Of a stretch of DNA of 64,000 bases, positions 38,379 through 51,102 are shown piece after piece (position 1 is the stretch's first letter; every line of letters begins with the position of its first letter). Below the pieces are notes generated by a model that had not been told where the DNA came from, did no database searches, and worked only from the letters and a program-made list of their open reading frames with translations. Source of the stretch: Ophelia neglecta (Eukaryota); the NCBI GenBank assembly GCA_965285935.1, contig OZ260661.1, positions 60,574,001 to 60,638,000 on the forward strand, written 5' to 3'. The translations under genes and the position numbers were made by a program.

Positions 38379-41300
38379 TCAACTTATAAGCTTGGTGTTG
38401 TAATTACACCGTAAAGCCTTCTGCACTGACTAAATCAATATTGTACGATACAGTAAGGATCTTGAACCTTATGGAATTCTGTGAGGCAAATTACATGATT
38501 GGCACTACGTTTCATTACGTAGTCATATTGTGAGAGGTTATGTAGGTCAGGCTAGGTTGTGGGCTTCAGAGGGTGGAAGGATACCCAGACAAATTTCCTA
38601 CAGCAGAACCGAGTGGTGCTGGGTATCAAACTAAAAGAAATCTCCGCGGGACGCCTAGGGACTGCTGATAAAACTGGTGCCCAGACTGGAATACATGATC
38701 TTTTCACACCTGCTTTTGTTTATCTCGTTGCATTGCATGCAGGCCTTGATGGAAAGAAGCGGAAAAGATCTGAGTCGAGCTTTCATCAGTTGTTAACTGG
38801 TGGTAATCCACCAATACCCTTATCCCCTGTCTAGATATACCAAAGACAGGGAGTTCTGTAACCCAAGCGTACGGCCCAAGGGCATATTCTTACCATGTTT
38901 ACCAACTAAGAAACAATTTTTAACGTTTGATTTTTAATAGCAGATATTTGTGCCATGGCTTTTTCTTCGTAAACCCACCGATTAATTCCTTCGCTATATA
39001 TAACCTATATCAAGATAGATGTCAGTTGCGATCAATCAAATCACCTAGGCTGTATCGGATTGATCGAGAACATGCTGTAGAGCTTGATTTGCCCTCAGTT
39101 CATGACCCCGCAATTCTACCCAACAGCTCATCATTAAAAGACGTTCAGGGATATGACGCAACTTTTAAAGTAGGTCAGTTAAGAGTGTCGCCATCTGGAA
39201 GCGCGGAGGAAACTAATGAAGGAGTGTTTGCCGACTGAGGCATCATCGCATTGATGAGTTAATGAATCTTCAATCTTTGGCGTCCTTATTCCAACGTTTA
39301 GGGTGGGAATTAAAGGGACCATTCAGGAGTTGGATTAACTAAATACTACCTCCATCATGTTAAAGTGTGACACATTTACAATTGAGAGAGCTTAGCTGTA
39401 ACACAAACAAGTCACCAATACACCGGAGAGTAGAATTAATCAAAATTTGTCACCGATATGACTAATGGTTTGAGAGTAGGGGCCCATGGAATTATCCTGA
39501 GAATTGCTGACCAACTGCCGCTGTGCTTTGACCACTTGGCGGCAAATATTTAGCTGTATTAGAACATGGGTATTGGGAGGTTGGTCATTGGCGAGAATGC
39601 CCCGGGGTAATTCATTTCAATCGAAATCAGTGACAGTTGGGAGCGGTTGGAAACACAAGGGGGGCCAATAAAAGATTTCTATGGGTGGCTGGTTCCAACT
39701 GCTAGAGTTGTAAATAAGAATGATTTCTCTTGGAAAAAACCTGTCAAAATTGAGTAGCAATTGACATACAGTTTAACAAGATATTGACAGTGGTTGTAAA
39801 TTTCCAACCAACTTTCTAAAGGTTAACTTGAAACCCAAAGGAGTAGAAAACCTTTATACTTCTTCAGGCCTCTGTGAATACGACCGGACATGTGTAATTA
39901 GAGACGGCTAGTTCAATAAAATGTGACCCTTTTGACTTTTCAGACTCCGTAGCTATGGTCCTGGGAAGAATTTCAAATATTTTCTAATTGAAAGGCTAGA
40001 ACTTTGTTTAGGCGAGAGTTTGAAGTGAGGCGCTTGTGAACTGGCCAAAGAGCTAAAAAGATCATTTGACAGAAAAACATCTAATGAATTGGGATTGGTC
40101 TTGCAGACTAGGGCGTTCATCCGCTCCACGCTGACCTTTCTACACACCTGTATTTACGTAGCTAGGTTATGGTCATGAAATCGACAAGCATTGACAGATG
40201 GCTGTTGGTGAGAGTGACATTGACAAGGGTGATACATACGAGCAGGCCCCACAGCCAACATTCTCACCGGCAGAACAGATGCCACATGCTCCGGAGTCTG
40301 GCTCTGTTTACCACCTTTCCGCCCAGCCGAACCCCGGCCAAACAGCCTCAAATCCCCAACACATGCCAATATTTACAATATTTTTCAAACACAGAGACAC
40401 AGAGCTCGCAAGGGAACAATTATTCTGACTTTGGCGATCACATGTTCATCCTCTTTGGCGCCTCTTTTTATAAACCACTGGGAACAGACACCAATTAATA
40501 GCCAATGAGACAGGTTTATGTATTTCCCTCGCGGATAACCGCCTCCAAATATACGTTTGGTCAACGAATATTTGTTTCGGAAATCCTGAACATAAAGCGT
40601 TAGTATTAACTCTATATCCACCAGCAGGCAGAGTAAAATTTTGGCCACAACTTGTCCAGTTTCTTGATATTTACGGCATGTATCAAATCGATTTAATTTC
40701 TTTGCAATAATTGAGACAATTGATGTTGAGTTGGAAAGATTGAGTTTTATAAACTTGTATGGATAATTATTATAAGATTAAAGAAAGCAAACCGAGGAAG
40801 ACCTGCCATGAGAAAGAAATTGTTTCCCTAAATTTGAAAGACATTGAAAAATGCACTATTTATCCGGGAATATTGGCGAGAGACCCTGGTCATTTGGTGC
40901 AATCACCCCTTTGAGACTACTGACCACGGTTTAATAGAAATCCTACAAGCTCGGGGATTTATTAGAAAGACTTTGAAATTCTTCGCACGTTTACTTTTGT
41001 GTCCTATCACTATTGATAGCTCTCTCAAATCAATCGACATTTCCATCGAGGTTAAATGTGCACTATAACAGAGGTTATTTCTTTGTTGTATTGATTTCCA
41101 TCCAATTCTTCACAGAATATCAAAAGGGTATAAAAGCTTAAAGTGCATTCGATTGAAATGTATTAACTGTAATTCACGCTAAAAATCGAACTGCCAGAAA
41201 CTTGATTAACCGGGGATAAGTTTCATGATACTTTTCCCCTGAACTTCAAATTTCTTTTACACCACTCAGCAGACGAAGAAATGTCGAGCATACAAAACTC

Positions 41301-41801
41301 TGAAATTAATATTTCCTCTTATCGTTGGCAGGGGCATGAACGTTCGAAAATGATATCCTTAAAGCCATGAAATATAAGTAGATGTAGGTGTGATCTGGCG
41401 TCTAATCCACTTTTTTTTTCAATCTTATCGGAGCTGTTGGAAATCCAGCCATGACCGTGCGCCGTGTTACAAAATTTCAAACTAATAAATGCAACGCGTA
41501 TTGAAATCAAGGACAAGAGAGGGGTGAAGACGATGGAACAGCTCGGCTGGCTTCTCCTCCCATGTCAAGATTGTCAGCCTGATTGTCAGCTGCTCATGGT
41601 TTTAGGGCTAGTTAGTGATAAGCCGGTCTAGATAGAAGCCTGTCAAACGAAGCTAGGCGTAGAGATTGAGACGGTGAAGTAATCAAAGCGGCCCACCAGG
41701 CGAATCAGATTTGATTTTCCATGGCAGATTATCTACGTAGATAATCAAAGAAATTTAGAGAACTTCAGTCGCCGGTAAAAATGTCGAATTATCATGGAGT
41801 T

Positions 41802-41811
41802 TGATTTATGG
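41802..41811 (+). promoter_or_regulatory. Pbx/Hox site TGATTTATGG (central/posterior Hox type)
   Basis: Exact consensus. Several TGTCA (Meis) sites lie ~160-240 bp to the left (41562-41645). Confidence 0.35.
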
Positions 41812-43898
41812 GTTTTGAGAAGTCTAGCGAAAAGGAATATTTAGTTAGCTATGGACACCTTTGGCCCATATGGGTCCATATTGTCTCAATAAATGACATT
41901 TAATGTATTGGGCAGGTTAAACAAAATTATTGCCTAGCCAAAACCTTGATCTGAAGGTCAAGAACATTGTGTTTAATAGATTTCGATATTTAATGTGCTG
42001 AGTTATGCTGACTCAGTCGTCTGCCTGTTTTTATTTACATGTTTAGCCACAGGACCACGACCCCGTTTAGGCTCCAATTTGTAGTAACTGGGCGAAAACA
42101 GTTTGTAGTAGATAAATTACGTGAGACTTCATCAATCTCTTGCTGGCTTCGCCACTTGTAAGTTGTTAAATGACTGTGGCAGGGAAAGGTGTCGGTAAAG
42201 GTAATTTGTCTCCATCTAAATGCCGGCCGACAGTTAATATCATTAAGTCAAATCAACAAACTATTAAGTCAGCGATGAGAATTCAACATAGCCCAGGGAT
42301 GCCCAACATAACGGCTCTCTCATGCTCGCGACATTATTAATTTTTCTGAGGCTATAAAGATTGACCCGGGTGCTAAAGGTGGGCACTTAGAAATATAACC
42401 TTCTAAACAACAATTCATCATTCAGCGCCCGATGGGAGCTAAAATATAATCTGGGGTCACGTTTTTTACTAATGATTATTGCCGTGTTATGACCACGCGA
42501 ATTACACGGGGTGTCGCTTCGGGGTTGATAGGGCCTTCCTCGATGATAAATTCATATCGTCTGCTAGCGAGACGTTTTATGCCGAAAATTGGTCATATTT
42601 TAACTGTCGCTATTCGGTACTTACATTCGCGTGTCGCAAATCACGGCGCGTGTAAAACAGCATCATTTATCTTTCCTTGATTTGCTTCCGAGTTTAACAG
42701 CCATTCAACACTAGTTAAACGTGTAAATGGTACACGTATGATGATAAATTCTTCCTTTATCGCACTAGTATAGTCTATGGTTTTCGAGTTAATGACATTT
42801 TAGCTTGGGAACTATGCATATAACCCTACACCACTTTAAGCTTTTAAACAGGAGGGTTTTTTTTCGTAAGTAGAATAACAAACATACTTTTCCAATGATT
42901 GATGAAATATAATGCAGCAAAGAAATTGTTTATATGAATTTTCAATACGCTGAACGTTAAATTTAGATTCATGTCGCCGTTTATATAGCCTATAGGCCCG
43001 GTTAAGATAATACATATAAAGTAAGATTAAATAAAGTAAGCCTACAGCTCCTAGGCTTATCAGAAAGTCATCGTAAAGACTGAAGTTTAACACAGACCCA
43101 TGAGAATATGATTGGGCGGATTTTTAGATTATGATGTTTTCGTTCATAACACCTTCTACTCCAAGAGCCATATGAATACCATCACGGAGACTTTTGCATA
43201 GATCAGTCTTGATAGCTGATGATCATTTCTAGATGCTCTGCTTGGTGCAATATTTGGGGATGAAACATGGATGTTAAAACTGTCAGTAACGTTAGAACTG
43301 GTGCAATTCTAGCCGACGACATTCTCGACATTCCTCAAAAACGCAGCGAGAGAGACCCACAAGATTGCGGGATCTGGCACACCCTGATTCTATTAACAGT
43401 GACAAGTTCCGCTGCCAGAATCGTTTCTCTGATATTTGTTTTGCAATTCTGCCATTTTCTCTCTCAGTTCGCCCGGTCGGCCCGCTAGGTCAAGAGAAAA
43501 ATCCAATTATATCCCTCTCGTCTTAGTCTGCAGATAGCAAAGCTGTCAAACTTTCGCCGAAATGCTGGCCACATGATCAGTAATTAGCAAATTCTAATTC
43601 CATTCGACCCTGAAGTGAATGTCAGTACCAATACTATATCAATATTTTATCTACGGGTTTGAGAGTCGACCTTTTATTCCGCCTGCAGCCGCTTGGGAGA
43701 CCTTGTCAGGATTTGTAGGAGTTTATGAATAGAAATCCCCGTTGCTTAATCATACATATTTCTTATATTATCATAGAATACCACTTTATTCTTATCACAG
43801 CAAAATATCTCGATGTTTGAGCAACACCCTTTACTATTTTTTCAACTACCACTGTCTTGTCAGAACTAAGATGGATGAACTCTGTGCTAGAATCGATC

Positions 43899-43918
43899 GC
43901 AGCGCCCCCTACAATAAC
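43899..43918 (-). promoter_or_regulatory. Weak candidate CTCF site
   Basis: Minus strand ...ATTGTAGGGGGCGCTGC. The 3' half matches consensus and the 5' CC is absent. Confidence 0.2.
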
Positions 43919-46900
43919 AATGACACGCACTGGCTTCAGGCCAGTGTGCTGAAATTGTAACTGTAAACGAAATTGGTGAAACGGGCAGGGATTTAGTAAT
44001 CAAATTAATGCATAACAGCACTTGGCAATGTCGCCAAAGGCTAAGTGAAATTGTATGTACCCAACAACCCTAGAACATAAACAACCTGGGATATTTGGCA
44101 AATAAAATCTCCAAATTACAGTCCCTCGGCTATATATTAACTTAACATTAATTATAAAAAGTAAACGCTATAGACTGCATGGGTTTTGGTTTAGTTATGT
44201 AAAAAAAGCAGATACGAATTTCACGAAAATAACCAATAGTGTGATTCACAGATAGGAGGTATTTGGATCTAGTCTTTCGGGCTTTGTATATCACCATGGC
44301 CCTGCCTGGTGGTCTGTACGGCCGGCAAATCCACTCGGGAGAAGCATCAACGATATCTTCTCGCTCGGAAACCTCTTATTGTATTCATGATAAAAACTGA
44401 CCCAAGTCTAATGGAAAGATTGTCCTACAGAGATACCGATCGATCGGACTTCTGTACGAATCTAGATTGGAACGAAAAGAAAAATTCATTTAATCCCGAT
44501 TTCTGAATACATTAACTTCAGTTTCCTACAAGTTTGTAACATTGTTTTTGCAATATCAAATAAAAGATATTTGCATTGATTTTGATACACCTCTCTCTAG
44601 CTTTATTACTAAAATAATAAAAATGTTTGTGGGTTTTGTTGATGTCTGCTAAATTTACACACACAACCAACGCCACTCCTTGCCGTATTTGCCTCGATTT
44701 TCTATTTTAATGCTCATCCCGGTTTTCAAATTTATTGCTAATCCCGGGTAATATTTCGTTAGTTTACATCAAATAGTTATAAAATATAACTTTATTTTAA
44801 GAGGGGGGTTGCAAGAACATGCCTTCCAATTTACGTCAGACGCTGGTGTGCAGCCTCTAGCTGTATGCTCGAGGGCAGACGACAATTGGTCAAGACAGAC
44901 CATGTGTGCATGCTGCAAGTGTAGGCCTGTAACCTTACTGGACAAACAACTCATGCATATTAAATATGACCTATATATATAGTCTACAAAACTGAATGAT
45001 CGAATATATCCGATTATCGACATATATAATTATTTACATATTCAGCTTGCCTGATGTATTGCCTGGCCGTATATTAAGTATAACTATATAGACCTATATG
45101 TGATAACTATTCGAGTGACATTTTTGCAAAACCTAATTTTCATTCCTTAAATTGATAATATCATCAACAAAATTATCGAAAAAATGAAAAACCGACACTT
45201 TCACTTTGTTATTCAACAAATAATCCGATACCGTGTACGCGTTTTACTACATAATAAAGGCGCCATTGTATTTTATTTAAATTAACATTTATAAAGATGT
45301 ACATCGGTAACTTCAATGATCGTTTAAATATTTTTGATCTCACTCTCTGTTGTCACTTGTCAGCGGCCTGAAAGCCCATGTTACTTGAGTGGACAACTTA
45401 TCAAGTACGTGTGAAATTATTGAGCTTTTTCACTTTTAATCAGGTTTAAAAATGGCTGCAAAACTGTAAAATTCTTTTCGAAGCCAATCATTCGATCGTA
45501 ATTGGCAATTTCTGTCCTATGAAATTATCGTTTTTTTGGCAGGTTGAATCATTCGCTGAAAATAATGAAATTTACAGCAAGGTTACTTCTCTCTATGGCC
45601 TTTCAGATGATTCAACTGAGTGATATAAGATACTTTATTTCAAAACAAAGCGGTCTTTGTGACAGCAAAGGTGGAGGAAAAACAAGCAGAGAAAAACTAA
45701 ATTGGAGCATCGTGTACCAGCCATTTGCTTCTATGTTGCAGACTCTTTTCATTTATTTTGTTCCCATGAGTTGAAGAGATTTTGCGGTCTTCTTTGATTT
45801 GTCAAATTTAGCTGTCAAGGGACCCAGAGGGCATGCCCAAATAGCTGTATTCTCTTTTTGTGTATAGGTGATCCTTTGAGGGCCCCAGACAGGGGACTCT
45901 TTCAGAGTGCTTTGTCAAATCAGCGCTGTTGTCGTTTCCTCTCACATCGTTTTGGTCTTAGCAGGCTTTTGTTTGGTTTTAGCAAAGCACAAAGCCCCTG
46001 TCGGCTGTTCGGCCTGCCTTATGGTGTACCACCAAGTCGTTGTGAGTTGGTTTCACCATTTCAAACTTTGCGCCATCGGCACTGTGCGCCTCCCAGCAAC
46101 CGTACGTGACCGAAATACGATCGGAGAGGCAAGCCACCTCCAGAGAAAATGTTATAGGTCACGGGGTCCCCTTCGTGTATCTGGCGGGTAACACCACCAT
46201 GGCGAAAACTCCTAAAACTTTGTGATGTGGGGCGGAAGCGCCTTGTTCTAACCCTGAATGCTACTTTCACCGATATAATGGAAATTTTCTTTGTTTCTTT
46301 TGTGCTGCATAAACCTGATTCATTCAGCACGCTTACAGTGAAGGGTCATTTTCCAAGTGAATATTGAATTCAGCGGGGAAGAAAGAAATCTATCGATTTT
46401 CTGCCCCAAGATGAATTCATAGTTGGTTTTTCATTATATCAGAAGTGCATTAGCGTGTGTTGTGCATCCTTAACAGCAGAATACGTCACATGGTATGAAT
46501 GTTTAAAAATACCCAATATTTACTCTCGATTATATATGACATGAGCCATTCAGGCAATTGCAATGTCTTCATTTAGGGCGCAGACTAGTCCGGAAGGCAA
46601 ATTTATTGAACTATATAAAAATATCGACAAATCTGGCATGGCTCCCACGAAATTGATGCAATTGTAAGGAAAAAGCAGAAACTCGAAAGAGGCTGCACAA
46701 ATGTAAGTGAACACACGAGACTTAGAGTTCACTGTCAAATGTGCGAAATCTGTTGGCAGGCCGGCAGATAGTGTGGCATAAAAAGGGAGTATCGGTAATA
46801 GAAATGGAACAGCTGCGATGTGAAATCTGTTTAACACCGAAATCTGCATATCGCCCAAGGTAAAAGCGAATTTGCTGATAGCCGACAACCGACCTTTGTA

Positions 46901-49839
46901 GTTCACTACATGTTTAAATTCTTGCCCGAGTTTTGTGTTAAACAAATTGTCAATAGGATATTTTTTGGTAGTTTCAGTCAGCATATTTTCTGACTGTCAA
47001 TTTAATTGTGATTGTTATACATAAATGCAATTCATTCAGTCATATATCTATACGCCCTGGTAGCAATTTTAACAAATACATATTAATTATTTGTATACAT
47101 ATAGATGCTAAAAACTGAACATATCAATTCAATTTCCATCGGGCTTCAGAGTATAAATACATGAGTGATGATACTCACACAATTAAATACCGTTTTATCC
47201 AATTAGCAAGTTATAAAGGAAATGCTCTATTTATGTTTTACAAAATATGTAGAAGTAAACACACAGCATTATTCTATACAATACTTGTTTCAAGGCAAAC
47301 TATTTCTTTGAAAAAAAACGAAGAAATGTGCAAATGACGTGAAAATTCGTTTAGACAAGGGCTTAGTATATTTTGTGTTTGGCCAGCTTGTATCTCGCAG
47401 GGCTCTTTTACAAATGGCCCGGGGCCATCTACAACAATGGGACATTTATGCTCATCAGAATATATTCCTTGCTTGCTGGAACTAATTGTTTTGTGAATTT
47501 AGGGACCCATTGCAAATAATCATCTTAGAGGCTTTATACTTTTAGTCCTTTGGTTTTTTCTGCAATATCAATCTCAGTTAACAACTGTATGCTAAATAGG
47601 TTTTCCTGGCCCTTCGTATCTCAGTTTTGGTAGATTAAGCTATTTCACAGCGATAATTCACCGAAACTCCATACTCTGTACCGGTTTAGTATTTGACAGC
47701 TGCCTTCAAAGATGACCTTTCTGTTACGGCGGAGAGCAGCACCCTAACTCTCTGGGAAAATAGAGAATTTAGCGGCCTTTATCTGACCACGTCGGCTTGC
47801 TTTAGCAGCCTAGATAACTGATGTTTTGTTCGTCTGCTCTATATGTCGGTCTGACAGCTGATAATTTTTTAAACTTCACGTGTTTTCCCTTCGATCAGAC
47901 ATGAGATAAACATCTCGATGACCTGGTTAAGGCATGTTGTGAATATTAAGCAAATAGTTTGGAAAATATCGTTTAAGTTTAAACTTTGCACTATACAGCT
48001 ACTAATTATTTTTAAATCCGGGCAGTCTGGTGCTAATCTAAATAAATCGTTCTTTAATAGCTCATAAAATGCAAATATATATTTGAATTTCTCAAACATC
48101 TCCTACACTCTTTACGATGTATATCATTTGCAGTTGGTGAATATATCTAGTTTTATAAGTGTACATTATATTCGGATGATATACAACCAGACAGGCGCCA
48201 TTATTAAGCGACACTCCGCAAATAATTTGTGAAATTAAAACTTTGGAAACAGAACTTTTTTGACATGACAGATTCCTGGATTTTGTCGAGCACATTTCCA
48301 AATTAATTTGGAATATTTTGGTTGAATGGTCACTCACATTAGTAATAAAGAACAACAAAACTTATTCTAAAGTATCTTAGATCAAGAGTTCCAGGTTCTT
48401 ATATATTTTTAAATCTTGTTGTCGGTCACACAGTGTTGGACCATCTCAATCATCGTCAATTCTAAGCGACCACCACGATACTTGGTGTAAACAATTCCAT
48501 CGAAAAGTTCATAACATATTGGGAATGTTTGAAAAACAAGGTGAATGGGTCCCACATCCGCATGTATCATAGGAACTAGTTTGAGTCGAAACAGGCCTGA
48601 TGTTGAGTCAGCAAAGCTTTGGCCAGTATAGATTACTGTATACCATTTCATAGTTTGTGAAATGCTATAGTCCAGGGGTGTGGAAAAAATCATTGAGTCA
48701 GTTGTGTATTTTACATAAAAATCGACAACTAAGATACGGTGTACTTGGATTTCATCTAAATAAACGATTGGATGACCGTTGTTTTGTAACTATATAGCTA
48801 ACTGGCTTCAGGCACTGTGAACTTATCTGGCACACCAAAATCAGACTTAGACTTAGGCCGTAGGTTCGTACGGGGTCGAGGGAAGTGACGGAATTTTGAC
48901 GAAATAAAGCCTCCCAGCGTAGTCGGGGTAACATTGACAGAAAAGCTCATATACAGGCTGACGGCTCAATTTTATAAGCTCGACTCAATAGCAATATTAA
49001 CAACTGAGCCGTGAAATCTGCAGAGTTCAAGTGGAATGGTATAATCCAATTCTTCCTTGAGCAGCATTTCAATTTAAGGTCTGAGTATTTCAGTCATTTC
49101 CGAGACCAGGGTGTTATTTCAATCTAGTCATCTCAAGGAGCGAATATATTTCTATACTCACATGGTAAGTTAAGTGAACCAATTTGACACCCATGAAAAT
49201 GGCACCCAGAGATTGCTTGAAATAAAAATAATTAGCATTGATTTGTCTATAAGCTCCTATAAAAATCTATCAGCAGAGAGTCTGAGAGTCATAAATCAGT
49301 CCAAGAGATCAAATAAATGCAAAAGCAAGGTTAGCAAATATGTTTTAGTTCATTTCAACTTTCGAATAGTATTTGAAACTGCAGTTAGAGTTCGTTAAAA
49401 TGTCTTTCAAGTCTATCGAATGCATCTATATAGTTCTTCGACTGGTCATTTTTTATTACTGAAACCCTCTAATATATCTCGTATTTCTATAACAACGTTG
49501 AATATTTTATTTTTAAGAATTTCGCTAATCTACCATCATTTAGGCCTATATATAAACACACAGCTGAACACCTCCATGCTGTCGCATTACTCACTCGAGA
49601 CAGACGAGTGACATCTATAGAGGGCAAAAGCGAAATGCAACATATTTATATCACATGCTCAGCAACCATTTTGAAAAACATAATAACACAATCAACGCCA
49701 AATAGGTTTGTATACGATCAAACTCGTGTATTTTATAACTGAAGCATGCAGATAGACAAACCGTGCGTTTTGTTTTAGCTACACATAAAAAAATTACCAA
49801 ACAATGGCGTAATGAGGTCAGCATTTATTTGAAACATAC

Positions 49840-49952
49840 CTTTTTTTGGTTGCTTTGGTTTCCCACACGCTGGTTAATTTGCTCCCTGCCCGATCCGTAC
49901 AGTCTTTACTATTATTATCTGGCAGTAACATTGTTATTTTCTTCTCTAGGAG
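49840..49952 (-). other. Candidate non-coding (Hox3 5' leader) exon, 113 nt
   Basis: Acceptor with branch-like CTAAT: CTAATTTTCTGTATTTGCAG| (CAG 49955-49953). Donor AAAG|GTATGT (GT 49839-49838). Purine-rich GAAGAA near the exon start. Confidence 0.45.
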
Positions 49953-50188
49953 CTGCAAATACAGAAAATTAGGCGTATAAGGTGCAGGAGCCATTGCGAG
50001 GAACCCGAGGCCGTTTGGGTTAACCTTGACACGTTGGTCGCATGAATATGTGGCAGCCATCTTGCTTTTGTGGAAGCAGATGTCTAGCTTCAGGAACGCT
50101 GTTAAATCCTGCAGAAATGGCGATTTTTAGCAAACTTACCTTTTCCATCATAGCCAGAAAGAAGTGGGAGACTGTATGGATCCTGAAG
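49950..50188 (+). ncRNA. Candidate exon of the pri-miR-993 host transcript (antisense to Hox)
   Basis: Acceptor TTGTTATTTTCTTCTCTAG|G (AG 49948-49949) and donor GAAG|GTGAGT (GT 50189-50190). It lies ~820 nt upstream of the miRNA hairpin on the same strand. Strong downstream acceptors are at 51719-20 and 51961-62. Confidence 0.35.
50140..50182 (-). other. Candidate non-coding exon (43 nt, or 3' end of a first exon)
   Basis: Strong donor AAAG|GTAAGT (GT 50139-50138) would give a 187-nt intron to the acceptor at 49953. Possible acceptor ATTAACTCACCTTCAG| (50185-50183). Confidence 0.35.
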
Positions 50189-51011
50189 GTGAGTTAATCA
50201 GCAGTGTTTTCGTCAGTAGTTCCTGTTTTTCGTTTGTTCTAATGCCATTGTCTGGTGGGAAAGCATCAGGTCTGAGGCTAGCGTGCCGGAGCGGAACGCA
50301 TATTCAATGCGAAATGGCTTTATGGCCATTTATCATATTATCACCGGCTGGGCACAAATTGTTTTCCTGTTGTGACATTAATGCCAAGAACCACCATTAA
50401 GACACAATAAAAAGAGGCACCGTTTACCTCTCCTTCAGAGTGATTTCGTTCTAGCAAATACAGTTTTATTGCCTCTAATAACATTACACTGCGCCTCTTT
50501 TTCTAGCCGGAAAGTCTGGTGCATAATATATGTAAATTCGAAAGAAATACAGCGAACTTCTCTATGATTCTTTATATTAGATTTAAATCGTAGATTGTAA
50601 AATATACCTTATATAAAAATCAGTTTAATAGAACTCCGACTTATAGCTTGGAATTGTGTCTAAATATATACAAGTCGGCCTGTGCTTCATATATCACTTG
50701 GGCTGACGTGCATCAACAAGAAGTGTTTGTGCTGCCACTAGCAGCCAGTCTGCATAATGTATTCACCATGTTTTGAGAGTAGCAAGGGAAGACGTCTAAA
50801 CAGCTGATTACCAACAGGGAAAATTGCTTTATTATTGTCAAATACTGTGGTGTTTATTGTATAAATTCGTTAGATTGTGTTGCAGAATTGCTCCCGGTGC
50901 TGATCTGCTGGGTCCCGAGGCCGAGAACTGACCGAAAATTAGATTGGTATGGAGAAAACCGACGGTATGGCCGAAGACTACCAACGGAATGATGGGAACG
51001 GCAGCACCATT

Positions 51012-51102
51012 GCACTTTCCATATCTACCCTGTAGACCCGGGTTTGTGTGTCATTATTGACCCCTACAGAAGCTCAGATCTACAGGTATATATTGAGAGT
51101 GC
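51012..51102 (+). ncRNA. mir-993: pre-miRNA, miR-10 family, miR-993 type
   Basis: The 5p arm (C)TACCCTGTAGACCCGGGTTTGTG (51025/6-51048) has the miR-10-family start. The 3p arm GAAGCTCAGATCTACAGGTATAT (51069-51091) matches the miR-993 pattern GAAGCUC...UCUACAGGUAU. The arms pair with one bulge and three mismatches. Lower stem GCACTTTC/GAGAGTGC, basal UG at -14 (51011-12) and apical UGUG are present. It lies between Hox3 and Hox4 on the opposite strand, as known for mir-993. Confidence 0.92.

Noticed and set aside
31141-39320. GGTCCCTTTAA / TTAAAGGGACC 11-bp match resembling TTAA-type MITE ends
   Set aside because: The ends face outward and are 8 kb apart, so they cannot bound one element.
46550-46984. 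144-aa minus-strand ORF, and the many other 60-126-aa ORFs
   Set aside because: No domain or motif, random-like composition and no convincing exon structure; ORFs of this size are expected by chance.
50730-50747. CTCF-like TGGCTGCTAGTGGCAGCA
   Set aside because: The core is one base short of the required spacing.
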